From the IMG/VR virus record IMGVR_UViG_2529292889_000002: a DNA stretch of 23,876 nucleotides; one strand, 5' to 3'. Under the pieces are notes generated by a model, which was not told where the DNA came from, searched no databases, and saw only the letters and a program-made list of their open reading frames with translations. The DNA is from a virus. Taxonomy: Duplodnaviria; Heunggongvirae; Uroviricota; Caudoviricetes. Shown one piece after another: positions 6,397 through 15,392 of the stretch. Position 1 is the first letter of the stretch. The number at the start of each line of letters is the position of its first letter. The position numbers were made by a program, and so were the translations under genes.

Positions 6397-8498
6397 TGCT
6401 GAATCAGGAAACCGCAAAGGCAGCACGAACCGATTCAGGTTATATCCTTCGCGCACCGAGACGAATGCGGGTTGCTGATGCCGTTGCTCAGTATATGCGG
6501 GTGCCCATGGGGGCAGGGAACTCAGTCCCGTGGGATCCGCTGGTGGCACCGTATGTTATTGAGCCTATGAACTGCCTGGCCTCGCGTGAATACGACGCAG
6601 TGATATTTGTTGGCCCGGCACGAACCGGCAAGACTATCGGCCTGATTGACGGCTGGGTGATTTACAACGTGATTTGCGAGCCTGCTGATATGCTGATCAT
6701 TCAGATGACGGAGGAAAAAGCCCGCGAACACTCCAAAAAACGACTCGCCAGAACGTTTCGCGTCAGCCCGGAAGTGGTCAGTCGCCTGAGTCCGAACAAA
6801 AATGACAACAACGTTTATGACAGAACATTCCTTGCTGGCAACTACCTGAAAATCGGCTGGCCGTCAGTCAATATCATGTCTTCATCAGATTATAAATGCG
6901 TGGCGCTGACGGATTATGACCGTTTTCCGGAAGATATTGATGGTGAGGGGGATGCCTTCTCTCTTGCCTCAAAACGTACCACCACATTTATGTCCAGTGG
7001 TATGACGCTGGTGGAGAGTTCCCCCGGCAGGGATGTGAAGGATGTGAAATGGCGACGGACTTCACCGCATGAGGCTCCACCAACCACGGGGATCCTGTCG
7101 CTCTATAACCGTGGCGATCGCCGTCGCTGGTACTGGCCCTGTCCACACTGTGGTGAGTATTTTCAGCCCTGCGGCGATGTGGTTGCTGGTTTCCGTGATA
7201 TTGCCGATCCTGTGCTGGCAAGTGAGGCGGCTTATATTCAGTGTCCTTCCTGTTCAGGACGGATTTTGCCTGAACAAAAACGCGAGCTGAACGGACGTGG
7301 GGTCTGGTTACGGGATGGTGAATCCATCAATGCAGATGGCAGTCGTTATGGTGATCCCCGACGTTCACGTATTGCGTCATTCTGGATGGAGGGTCCGGCA
7401 GCTGCTTATCAGACACTCTCGCAACTCGTTTACAAACTGCTTACTGCAGAACAGGAATACGAGACAACCGGAAGTGAAGAGACACTCAAGACGGTTATCA
7501 ATACCGACTGGGGATTACCTTATCTTCCCCGCGCCAGCATGGAGCAACGAAAAAGTGAATTGCTTGAGCAGCGGGCAGAGCCAGTTCCTTCCCGCAGTGT
7601 GCCGGATGGCGTTAATTTCCTTGTGGCGACAGTGGATGTGCAGGCGGGACGTCATCGCCGTTTTGTGGTTCAGGTAACGGGCTATGGCAGCCGTGGCGAA
7701 CGCTGGATTATTGATCGTTACAACATCACGCAGTCATTGCGCGGTGACAGCGACGGGGAGAGCCAGCGAATTGATCCGGCCAGCTATCCGGAAGACTGGG
7801 ATGTCCTGCTGACGGATGTTTTTCATAAAAGCTGGCCGCTGGCCTCCGACCCTTCTCAACAAATGCGACTGATGGCAATGGCGGTGGACTCCGGCGGTGA
7901 AGACGGGGTCACTGATAATGCCTATAAATTCTGGCGTCGTTGCCGTCGTGATGGCCTTGGTAAACGTATTTACCTGTTTAAGGGCGACAGCATCCGGCGC
8001 GCAAAACTGATCACCCGTACATTCCCTGATAACACCGGACGAACGGGCCGACGGGCGCAGGCCGCAGGTGATGTGCCGCTCTGGCTTCTTCAGACGGATG
8101 CCCTGAAAGACCGGGTGAATAACGCGTTATGGCGTGACTCGCCAGGTCCCGGCTATGTGCATTTCCCTGACTGGCTGGGGAGCTGGTTTTACGACGAACT
8201 GACGTATGAAGAGCGGAGCAGTGACGGGAAATGGAGTAAGCCGGGTCGCGGTGCCAACGAAGCTTTTGACCTGATGGTGTATGCCGAGGCTCTGGTCATT
8301 CTGCATGGATACGAAAAGATCCGCTGGCCGGATGCACCGGAGTGGGCGAGCCGGGAAACCTGGCTGGAGTGTGTCCCGGACAGTACCGAACCGTCACCCT
8401 CACCGGAACCGGTATCCACGCCTGTTAAAAAACAAAAACGGAAGAAAACAGTAACTGACGATGTTAACCCCTGGCTGACTTCCGGAGGATGGTTATGA
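6396..8498 (+). CDS. Terminase large subunit (GpA-like ATPase/nuclease)
   Basis: 700 aa; Walker A-like VGPARTGKT near the N-terminus; GGAGGAG SD; canonical position. Confidence 0.9.
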   Translation: MLNQETAKAARTDSGYILRAPRRMRVADAVAQYMRVPMGAGNSVPWDPLVAPYVIEPMNCLASREYDAVIFVGPARTGKTIGLIDGWVIYNVICEPADMLIIQMTEEKAREHSKKRLARTFRVSPEVVSRLSPNKNDNNVYDRTFLAGNYLKIGWPSVNIMSSSDYKCVALTDYDRFPEDIDGEGDAFSLASKRTTTFMSSGMTLVESSPGRDVKDVKWRRTSPHEAPPTTGILSLYNRGDRRRWYWPCPHCGEYFQPCGDVVAGFRDIADPVLASEAAYIQCPSCSGRILPEQKRELNGRGVWLRDGESINADGSRYGDPRRSRIASFWMEGPAAAYQTLSQLVYKLLTAEQEYETTGSEETLKTVINTDWGLPYLPRASMEQRKSELLEQRAEPVPSRSVPDGVNFLVATVDVQAGRHRRFVVQVTGYGSRGERWIIDRYNITQSLRGDSDGESQRIDPASYPEDWDVLLTDVFHKSWPLASDPSQQMRLMAMAVDSGGEDGVTDNAYKFWRRCRRDGLGKRIYLFKGDSIRRAKLITRTFPDNTGRTGRRAQAAGDVPLWLLQTDALKDRVNNALWRDSPGPGYVHFPDWLGSWFYDELTYEERSSDGKWSKPGRGANEAFDLMVYAEALVILHGYEKIRWPDAPEWASRETWLECVPDSTEPSPSPEPVSTPVKKQKRKKTVTDDVNPWLTSGGWL

Positions 8499-8707
8499 AT
8501 CAGAATGATATTGAAGCCATGATTCAGCGTTATACGGAAGCTGAAATGGCGGTGCTTGACGGAAAATCCGTCACTTTTAATGGTCAGCAGATGACCATGG
8601 AAAACTTATCTGAGATCCGGCAGGGGCGGCAGGAGTGGGAGCGCCGCCTTGCGGCTCTGATTACACGACGACGTGGGCATCCCGGGTACCGGCTGGCGAG
8701 GTTCTGA
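8495..8707 (+). CDS. Head-tail joining protein (lambda gpW-like)
   Basis: About 70 aa (MNQNDIEAMIQRYTEAEMAVLDGKSVTFNGQQMTMENLSEIRQ...RRRGHPGY), similar in size and pattern to lambda W. Second ATG chosen because GGAGG abuts the first ATG at 8489. Confidence 0.7.
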   Translation: MNQNDIEAMIQRYTEAEMAVLDGKSVTFNGQQMTMENLSEIRQGRQEWERRLAALITRRRGHPGYRLARF

Positions 8708-10215
8708 TGGCAATTCTTGATGATGTGATTGGCGTTTTTTCACCAGGATGGAAAGCGGCAAGGCTGCGTTCCCGTGCGGTGATCCAGGCTTATGAGGCCG
8801 TAAAAACGACGCGGACACATAAAGCCCGGCGGGAAAACCGAACTGCCGACCAGTTAAGCCAGTACGGGGCCGTGTCGTTACGTGAGCAGGCCCGTTACCT
8901 TGATAACAACCACGATCTGGTCATTGGTGTATTTGACAAGCTGGAAGAACGGGTGGTGGGGAAAAACGGGATTATTGTCGAGCCACATCCGGTATTACGC
9001 AATGGGGCCATTGCCCGTGATCTGGCAGCGGAGATACGCACCCGATGGAGTGAATGGTCTGTCAGTCCGGAAGTCACCGGGCAGTTTACCCGTCCGATGC
9101 TGGAACGTCTGATGCTGCGTACCTGGCTGCGCGATGGTGAGGTGTTTGCCCAGATGGTTTCCGGGCGCATAAACAGCCTGACGCCTTCTGCCGGTGTTCA
9201 TTTCTGGCTGGAGGCGCTCGAGCCGGACTTTATTCCCATGACCAGTGATGAGAGCAACAGGCTGAATCAGGGCGTGTTTGTTGATGACTGGGGGCGTCCC
9301 GAAAAATATCTGGTGTATAAAAGTCGTCCCGTATCCGGGCGGCAGATGGAAACCAAAGAAGTGGATGCAGAGCGAATGCTGCATCTTAAATTTGTTCGCC
9401 GTCTGCACCAGATGCGCGGGACGTCTTTGTTGTCCGGTGTGCTGATCCGCCTCAGTGCCCTGAAAGAGTATGAAGATTCTGAGCTGACTGCAGCAAGGAT
9501 CGCCGCTGCTCTGGGGATGTACATCCGCAAAGGCGACGGACAGAGCTATGAACCGGATGGTAATGGCAGCAAGGAGAATGAACGCGAGCTTACCATTCAG
9601 CCAGGCATTATTTACGACGATCTGAAACCCGGCGAAGAAATCGGAATGGTGAAGTCGGATCGTCCCAATCCTAACCTTGAAACTTTTCGTAATGGTCAGT
9701 TGCGTGCCGTGGCGGCGGGCAGTCGTCTGAGTTTTTCCAGTACGGCACGCAACTATAACGGCACTTACAGCGCCCAGCGTCAGGAACTGGTTGAGTCTAC
9801 TGATGGCTACCTGATCCTGCAGGACTGGTTTATTGGTGCCGTCACCCGCCCGATGTATCGTGCCTGGCTGAAACAGGCTGTGGCATCCGGTGTTATCAGG
9901 CTACCCCGCGATCTTGACCGTTCTTCACTGTATACCGCGGTGTATTCCGGACCAGTGATGCCGTGGATTGACCCTGTTAAGGAGGCTGAGGCCTGGAAAA
10001 TCCAGATTCGTGGTGGAGCGGCGACAGAATCAGACTGGGTACGTGCAGGTGGTCGTAATCCGGATGATGTCAAACGTCGGCGCAAGGCCGAAATTGATGA
10101 AAACCGCAAGCTGGATCTGGTATTTGATACCGATCCGGCCAGTGATAAAGGAGGCAGCAGTGCCGCAACGAAACGACAGGAGCCGCAGCACACCGACGAC
10201 CAGTCCGAAGAATAA
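8707..10215 (+). CDS. Portal protein (lambda-family portal)
   Basis: 502 aa; start overlaps W-like stop (TGATG); position between W and the protease/capsid gene. Confidence 0.85.
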   Translation: MAILDDVIGVFSPGWKAARLRSRAVIQAYEAVKTTRTHKARRENRTADQLSQYGAVSLREQARYLDNNHDLVIGVFDKLEERVVGKNGIIVEPHPVLRNGAIARDLAAEIRTRWSEWSVSPEVTGQFTRPMLERLMLRTWLRDGEVFAQMVSGRINSLTPSAGVHFWLEALEPDFIPMTSDESNRLNQGVFVDDWGRPEKYLVYKSRPVSGRQMETKEVDAERMLHLKFVRRLHQMRGTSLLSGVLIRLSALKEYEDSELTAARIAAALGMYIRKGDGQSYEPDGNGSKENERELTIQPGIIYDDLKPGEEIGMVKSDRPNPNLETFRNGQLRAVAAGSRLSFSSTARNYNGTYSAQRQELVESTDGYLILQDWFIGAVTRPMYRAWLKQAVASGVIRLPRDLDRSSLYTAVYSGPVMPWIDPVKEAEAWKIQIRGGAATESDWVRAGGRNPDDVKRRRKAEIDENRKLDLVFDTDPASDKGGSSAATKRQEPQHTDDQSEE

Positions 10216-10228
10216 TTCCTGGTTCAGG

Positions 10229-12187
10229 ATGCAGGCTGGTCACCAGAGTGACGCGGATATTTATATTTATGACGAGATTGGTTTCTGGGGTGTTACAGCG
10301 AAGCAGTTTATCAGTGATCTGAATGCACTGGGCGATATCACCCACATTAATCTCCATATCAATTCACCGGGTGGCGATGTCTTTGAAGGCATCGCCATTT
10401 TTAATGCGCTGAAAACACATGGTGCGTCCATTACCGTTTATGTCGACGGTGTGGCGGCGTCAATGGCGTCGGTCATTGCGATGGTGGGAAACCCGGTCAT
10501 TATGCCGGAAAACACCTTCATGATGATTCATAAACCATTTGGCTTTACGGGCGGTGATGCGGAGGACATGCGCACCTATGCCGACCTGCTCGATAAGGTT
10601 GAGGCGGTTCTGTTACCCGCTTATGCACAGAAAACCGGGAAAACCACCGATGAAATTGCTGCCATGCTGGCGGATGAGACCTGGATGTCCGGTGCCGAAT
10701 GTCTGGCACAGGGATTTGCTGATCAGGTAACGCCAGCCGTTAAGGCAATGGCATGTATTCAGTCAAAACGTACAGAGGAATTTAAAAAGATGCCGGAATC
10801 CATTCGAAACATGATTACTCCGCCACGCAACAGTGCTCCACGCGTACAGGATAATGAACCTGCAGCTTCCCGGACGCCAGTGCAGGCAGCAGCACCCGTG
10901 GTGGATGAAAACAGTATCCGTGCGCAGGTACTGGCAGAGCAAAAAGCGCGTGTAAACGGTATTAATGATCTGTTTGCCATGTTTGGCGGGCGTTATCAGA
11001 CGCTGCAGGCTCAGTGTCTTGCCGATCCTGAATGTTCGCTGGAGCAGGCCCGCGAAAAGCTGTTGAACGAGATGGGGCGCGAGTCCACGCCATCCAATAA
11101 AAATACCCCGGCTCATATTTATGCCGGTAACGGTAATTTTGTGGGGGACGGGATCCGCCAGGCGCTGATGGCGCGTGCCGGATTTGAAAAAAACGAACGT
11201 GATAATGTCTACAACGGGATGACCCTGCGTGAATATGCCCGTATGTCACTGACTGAACGGGGTATTGGGGTTTCCAGTTATAACCCGATGCAGATGGTCG
11301 GTGCGGCGTTCACACACAGTACGTCTGACTTCGGTAATATTCTGCTGGATGTTGCGAACAAAGCCATTCTGCAGGGCTGGGAAGATGCCCCTGAAACCTA
11401 TGAACAGTGGACGCGGAAAGGTCAGTTGTCTGATTTTAAAATTGCCCATCGTGTGGGTATGGGGGGCTTCAGTGCTCTGCGTCAGGTGCGTGAAGGGGCG
11501 GAATATAAATACGTCACCACCGGAGATAAACAGGCCACTATTGCACTGGCGACCTATGGCGAGCTGTTCAGTATCACCCGTCAGGCCATTATCAATGATG
11601 ATCTGAATATGCTGACCGATGTCCCGATGAAACTGGGCCGTGCGGCGAAATCCACTATTGCCGATCTGGTTTATGCCATTCTGACGTCTAACCCGAAAAT
11701 CTCCACAGATAATGTAAGTCTGTTCGATAAAGCGAAACATGCAAACGTACTGGAGAGCGCTGCAATGGACGTGGCATCGCTGGATAAAGCCCGCCAGTTG
11801 ATGCGCGTTCAGAAAGAGGGGGAGCGTCATCTGAATATTCGTCCTGCGTTCGTACTGGTACCGACGGCGATGGAGTCTGTTGCTAACCAGGTCATTCGCT
11901 CCTCAAGTGTCAAGGGGGCTGACATTAACGCCGGTATTATTAACCCGGTGAAAGATTTTGCGACCGTTATTGCAGAGCCTCGTCTTGATGATAACAGCCA
12001 GACCACCTTCTACCTGGCTGCGTCAAAAGGCTCCGATACGATTGAAGTGGCTTATCTCAACGGTGTGGATACGCCATATATTGATCAGATGGAGGGCTTC
12101 AGTGTGGATGGCGTGACAACGAAAGTGCGTATTGACGCCGGTGTCGCGCCAGTTGATCACCGCGGTCTGGTGAAATGTACGGCGTAA
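10229..12187 (+). CDS. Prohead protease (ClpP/S49-like) fused to scaffold and major capsid protein
   Basis: 652 aa; N-terminal ClpP-like region (IYIYDEIGFWGV...INSPGGDVFEGIAIFNAL...SMASVIAM), central Ala/Gln-rich linker, C-terminal capsid-like domain; the fusion architecture is known from Gifsy-type and related enterobacterial prophages. First ATG after the portal stop. Confidence 0.8.
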   Translation: MQAGHQSDADIYIYDEIGFWGVTAKQFISDLNALGDITHINLHINSPGGDVFEGIAIFNALKTHGASITVYVDGVAASMASVIAMVGNPVIMPENTFMMIHKPFGFTGGDAEDMRTYADLLDKVEAVLLPAYAQKTGKTTDEIAAMLADETWMSGAECLAQGFADQVTPAVKAMACIQSKRTEEFKKMPESIRNMITPPRNSAPRVQDNEPAASRTPVQAAAPVVDENSIRAQVLAEQKARVNGINDLFAMFGGRYQTLQAQCLADPECSLEQAREKLLNEMGRESTPSNKNTPAHIYAGNGNFVGDGIRQALMARAGFEKNERDNVYNGMTLREYARMSLTERGIGVSSYNPMQMVGAAFTHSTSDFGNILLDVANKAILQGWEDAPETYEQWTRKGQLSDFKIAHRVGMGGFSALRQVREGAEYKYVTTGDKQATIALATYGELFSITRQAIINDDLNMLTDVPMKLGRAAKSTIADLVYAILTSNPKISTDNVSLFDKAKHANVLESAAMDVASLDKARQLMRVQKEGERHLNIRPAFVLVPTAMESVANQVIRSSSVKGADINAGIINPVKDFATVIAEPRLDDNSQTTFYLAASKGSDTIEVAYLNGVDTPYIDQMEGFSVDGVTTKVRIDAGVAPVDHRGLVKCTA

Positions 12188-12210
12188 ACGTCGCAGATAA
12201 CAACTCTGAT

Positions 12211-12230
12211 GGCCCGTAAGGGCTTTTTTT
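12211..12230 (+). terminator. Rho-independent terminator after the capsid gene
   Basis: GGCCC-GTAA-GGGC(T) short stem with tetraloop followed by T7. Confidence 0.45.
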
Positions 12231-12240
12231 GTACCTGAAA

Positions 12241-12259
12241 TCAGCCCCTGAACGGGGCT
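12241..12259 (+). other. Stable hairpin in the 5' leader of the next gene
   Basis: Perfect 7-bp stem CAGCCCC / GGGGCTG with 5-nt loop, not followed by a T-run, ending 5 nt before the GGAG SD. Confidence 0.3.
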
Positions 12260-12273
12260 GTGCGGAGACAGTT

Positions 12274-12597
12274 ATGGCAAAGAATTTTGTAGAAGAAGGA
12301 AAAACGGTGGCGATTGTTGCCAGTGCAGCCATCAGCAGCGGAGATCTGGTGCAGGTGGGTGATGTTTTTGCGGTGGCGCTGACCGATATTCCACAGGGTG
12401 AAACAGGCGACGGCATGACCGAAGGTGTGTTTATCCTGCCTAAGCTGAAAACGGATGACATGAAAACGGGTAAGAAGGTTTATCTGAAGTCCGGAAAAGT
12501 TCAGCTGACTAACAGCGGCTCTGATCCGCTGGTCGGGGTTGTCTGGGCAGATGCCGGAACCAGTGCAGAAGAAGTGCCGGTAAAACTCAATGTCTGA
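12274..12597 (+). CDS. Small head protein (putative decoration/cement protein)
   Basis: 107 aa; GGAG SD 6 nt upstream; position immediately after the major capsid gene; Gly/Val-rich, beta-rich composition. Family assignment (DUF2190-like) is tentative, from memory. Confidence 0.45.
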   Translation: MAKNFVEEGKTVAIVASAAISSGDLVQVGDVFAVALTDIPQGETGDGMTEGVFILPKLKTDDMKTGKKVYLKSGKVQLTNSGSDPLVGVVWADAGTSAEEVPVKLNV

Positions 12598-12865
12598 TCC
12601 CTTTTCCCGGCTGGCAGCGCGTATGGATGCGATCACGGTCAGAAAGATGGGAAAGACAGCCTCGATTAATGATGTCGATATGGCTGTGATCCCGGGCGAA
12701 ACACTGGCAGAGCTGAATGCTCTGTCCGGACCTGCTGTCTCTCTGGTGGTGTTTTCTTTGGGATACCGCCCACGGCGCGGGGATCGCGTTGTTTATGACG
12801 GACAACAATGGACGGTCACACGGCATGAACGTTTTAACGGTAAGCCAATGATCTTTATTGAGTAA
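12590..12865 (+). CDS. Head-tail connector / tail attachment protein (lambda FII-like)
   Basis: 91 aa; pattern FSRLAARMDAI...GKTASI...RRGDRVVYDGQQWTV resembles lambda FII motifs as recalled; location between head genes and Z. Confidence 0.5.
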   Translation: MSDPFSRLAARMDAITVRKMGKTASINDVDMAVIPGETLAELNALSGPAVSLVVFSLGYRPRRGDRVVYDGQQWTVTRHERFNGKPMIFIE

Positions 12866-12876
12866 AGAGGTGTGGG

Positions 12877-13455
12877 ATGAAGGGGCTTGAGAATGCCATC
12901 CGCAATCTGAACAGCCTTGATACCCGTATGGTGCCACAGGTCAGCGCATGGGCGATAAACCGTGTGGCACAGAAAGCGGTCTCGGTTGCCACCCGGCAGG
13001 TTGCCGGGAATACCGTTGCGGGAGATAACCAGGTGAAAGGGATCCCCCTGAAACTGGTACGTCAGCGTGTCCGGGTGTTTAAAGCCAGTCCGTCAGGAAA
13101 AATGACGGCCAGGATCCGCGTCAACCGGGGCAATCTGCCCGCCATTAAGCTGGGGACAGCCCGGGTCAGACTGGCCCGGCGTGGTGGAAAACTGCAGTAC
13201 CGTGGCAGTGTGCTGAAGGTGGGTAAATATCTTTTCCGGGATGCGTTTATTCAGCAACTGGCGAATGGTCGCTGGCATGTGATGCGGCGTATTGATGGCA
13301 AAAATCGTTACCCCATTGATGTGGTGAAAATCCCGTTGTCCGGACCGCTGACACAGGCATTTGAAGATGCCCGCGACCGCATCATTGCTGCGGAAATGCC
13401 GAAACAGTTGGGGTATGCACTGAAACAACAACTGAGGTTATGGCTGACCCGATGA
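12877..13455 (+). CDS. Z: Minor tail protein Z (tail completion)
   Basis: 192 aa, same length as lambda Z as recalled, with conserved blocks (KGLE.A..NL, INRVA, IKLG.ARV, GRWHVM.R..GKNRYPIDVVKIP). Confidence 0.8.
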   Translation: MKGLENAIRNLNSLDTRMVPQVSAWAINRVAQKAVSVATRQVAGNTVAGDNQVKGIPLKLVRQRVRVFKASPSGKMTARIRVNRGNLPAIKLGTARVRLARRGGKLQYRGSVLKVGKYLFRDAFIQQLANGRWHVMRRIDGKNRYPIDVVKIPLSGPLTQAFEDARDRIIAAEMPKQLGYALKQQLRLWLTR

Positions 13456-13853
13456 ACCGACATACACAAATCCGCCAGGTCGTACTGGCACGCCTTCGGG
13501 AACAGTGTGGAGACAGCGCCACGTTTTTTGACGGGCTTCCGGCATTTGTTGATGCGCAGGAACTGCCTGCCGTGGCGGTGTGGCTGAGTGATGCTCAGTA
13601 CACCGGAAAAATGACGGATGAAGATGACTGGCAGGCTGTTCTGCATATTGCTGTCTTCATCCGGGCACAAGCACCGGATTCAGAGCTGGATATGTGGATG
13701 GAGAGCACCATTTTCCCGGCCCTGAATGATGTACCGGCACTTTCCGGACTCATCGACACCCTGATCCCACTCGGTTTTAACTATCAACGTGATAATGAGA
13801 TGGCCACCTGGGCGATGGCGGAAATCACGTACCAGATCACGTACACGAATTAA
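13452..13853 (+). CDS. U: Tail terminator protein U
   Basis: Similar to lambda U as recalled (ATFFDG.PA..D...PAVAV.L..A.YTG, SELD.WMES). Start at 13452 overlaps the Z stop (ATGA); an alternative ATG lies at 13440. Confidence 0.8.
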   Translation: MNRHTQIRQVVLARLREQCGDSATFFDGLPAFVDAQELPAVAVWLSDAQYTGKMTDEDDWQAVLHIAVFIRAQAPDSELDMWMESTIFPALNDVPALSGLIDTLIPLGFNYQRDNEMATWAMAEITYQITYTN

Positions 13854-13863
13854 GGAGGTGGTA

Positions 13864-14607
13864 ATGACCACACCAAATCCACTGGCAAAAACGAAAGGTG
13901 CGGGAACGACGTTCTGGATGTATACCGGCAACGGCGACGCATTTGCGAACCCTTTGTCGGACACTGACTGGCTGCGTCTTGCGATGGTGAAGGATCTGCA
14001 ACCTGGCGAAATGACCGCTGATGCAGAAGATGACACTTATCTCGATGATGAAGATGCAGACTGGAAAACGACAACCCAGGGGCAGAAATCCGTTGGTGAT
14101 ACTTCGGCGACGCTGGCCTGGCGTCCGGGTGACAGCGGGCAGAAAAAACTGGTTCAGTTGTTCGACTCCGGTGAAGTCTGCGCGTTTCGTATCAAATATC
14201 CCAACGGCACTGTTGATGTTTTCCGTGGCTGGCTGAGCTCACTGGGTAAAACCATTGCCTCAAAAGACGTGATGACCCGCACAGTGAAAATCAGCGGTGT
14301 GGGGCGTCCGTATCTGGCAGAGGAAGGCACTGAAACCGTGGGCGTTACCGGGCTGACGGTGGCACCGGCATCTGCCAGTGTAAAAGTGGGAGCAACCACC
14401 ACGCTGACCTTTACAGTAAAACCTGACGGAGCCAGTGACAAAGCGATCAGTGTGCATTCGACAGATCCACAGACTGCCACGGTGACCCTGAACGGGCTTG
14501 TGGCCACGGTGAAAGGCGTGAAGCAGGGCAGTGTCAGCATTGTGGGCATGACTTCTGACGGCGATTTTGTGGCAGTGGCTACGGTGGCTGTCAGCGCCGC
14601 AGGTTAA
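13864..14607 (+). CDS. V: Major tail tube protein V with C-terminal Ig-like domain
   Basis: 247 aa; AAGGAGGT SD; conserved lambda V blocks (KGAGTT.W.Y.G.GD..ANPLSD.DW, YLDDEDADW, NGTVDVFRGW); C-terminal region resembles a Big_2 Ig-like domain. Confidence 0.9.
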   Translation: MTTPNPLAKTKGAGTTFWMYTGNGDAFANPLSDTDWLRLAMVKDLQPGEMTADAEDDTYLDDEDADWKTTTQGQKSVGDTSATLAWRPGDSGQKKLVQLFDSGEVCAFRIKYPNGTVDVFRGWLSSLGKTIASKDVMTRTVKISGVGRPYLAEEGTETVGVTGLTVAPASASVKVGATTTLTFTVKPDGASDKAISVHSTDPQTATVTLNGLVATVKGVKQGSVSIVGMTSDGDFVAVATVAVSAAG

Positions 14608-14627
14608 CAGGACGATACTCATCATTT

Positions 14628-14652
14628 GCCCCGGTTATCCGGGGCTTTTTTT
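14628..14652 (+). terminator. Rho-independent terminator/attenuator after V
   Basis: GCCCCGG-TTAT-CCGGGGC perfect 7-bp stem followed by T7. Confidence 0.55.
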
Positions 14653-14667
14653 CAGGTGGAGAACATG

Positions 14668-15054
14668 ATGTTTCTGAAACAGGGCACGTTTAATTATGAA
14701 AAGCAGTCCGTGGTGCTCAGTGAGCTGTCCGGGCTGCAGAGAATTGAATATCTGGCGTTTGTTCAGCAGCGAACGGCAAAGTTTGATGCCGAAGAGGGAG
14801 AACTGCCGGAGGCTGAACGACAGATTGCTTTTCTGCGGATGGGGATGGATATCAATGCCTGGCTGGTTTCCCGCTCACTGTGGAATGCGGATCAGTCTAA
14901 GGATGTAGAGACGCTTTGCGCATCCGTTATTACAACATGGTCGTATGATGCCCTGGGTGCGGGGGCGGAGATGGTTCTGTCGCTGAGCGGTATGGGGACC
15001 ATTGATAATGCCGGGGATGATGAGCATGAGGCGCTGACGCCGGAAAAGTCCTGA
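14668..15054 (+). CDS. G: Tail assembly chaperone G
   Basis: MFLKQG...VVLSELSGLQRIEYLA resembles lambda G as recalled; SD GGTGGAG; ends with TGA at 15052-15054, two codons after the slippery site. Confidence 0.8.
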   Translation: MFLKQGTFNYEKQSVVLSELSGLQRIEYLAFVQQRTAKFDAEEGELPEAERQIAFLRMGMDINAWLVSRSLWNADQSKDVETLCASVITTWSYDALGAGAEMVLSLSGMGTIDNAGDDEHEALTPEKS

Positions 15055-15392
15055 CGCGGGAAATGCAGTTTGTCATGCGGCTTGCCCGGGAGTTCCGGCG
15101 GGCAGACTGGCGGCGGATGCTGTCGGAAATGTCGGCCACTGAGCTTGGTGAGTGGGGCGATTATTTCCGGATGCAGAGCTTCAGTGATGTGTGGATGGAT
15201 GCGCAGTTTGCCTCGCTGAAGGCATTGATCGTGAGAATGGTGTCCGGCAGCAGTGATGCTGCGGTGGCTGATTTCAGCCTTTTACCGGAAGAGAACGGGA
15301 TACCGGAGCGAACGGACGAAGAACTGATGCATCTTGGGGAAGGTATTTCCGGAGGTGTGCGTTATGGACCAGATAGCCAACCTGGTCATTGA
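14668..15392 (+). CDS. Tail assembly chaperone G-T fusion produced by a programmed -1 frameshift
   Basis: Slippery heptamer G GAA AAG (15042-15048) sits two codons before the G stop, at the position of the lambda G GGA AAG site. The -1 frame is open from 15030 and continues through the T domain to 15392. Confidence 0.6.
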
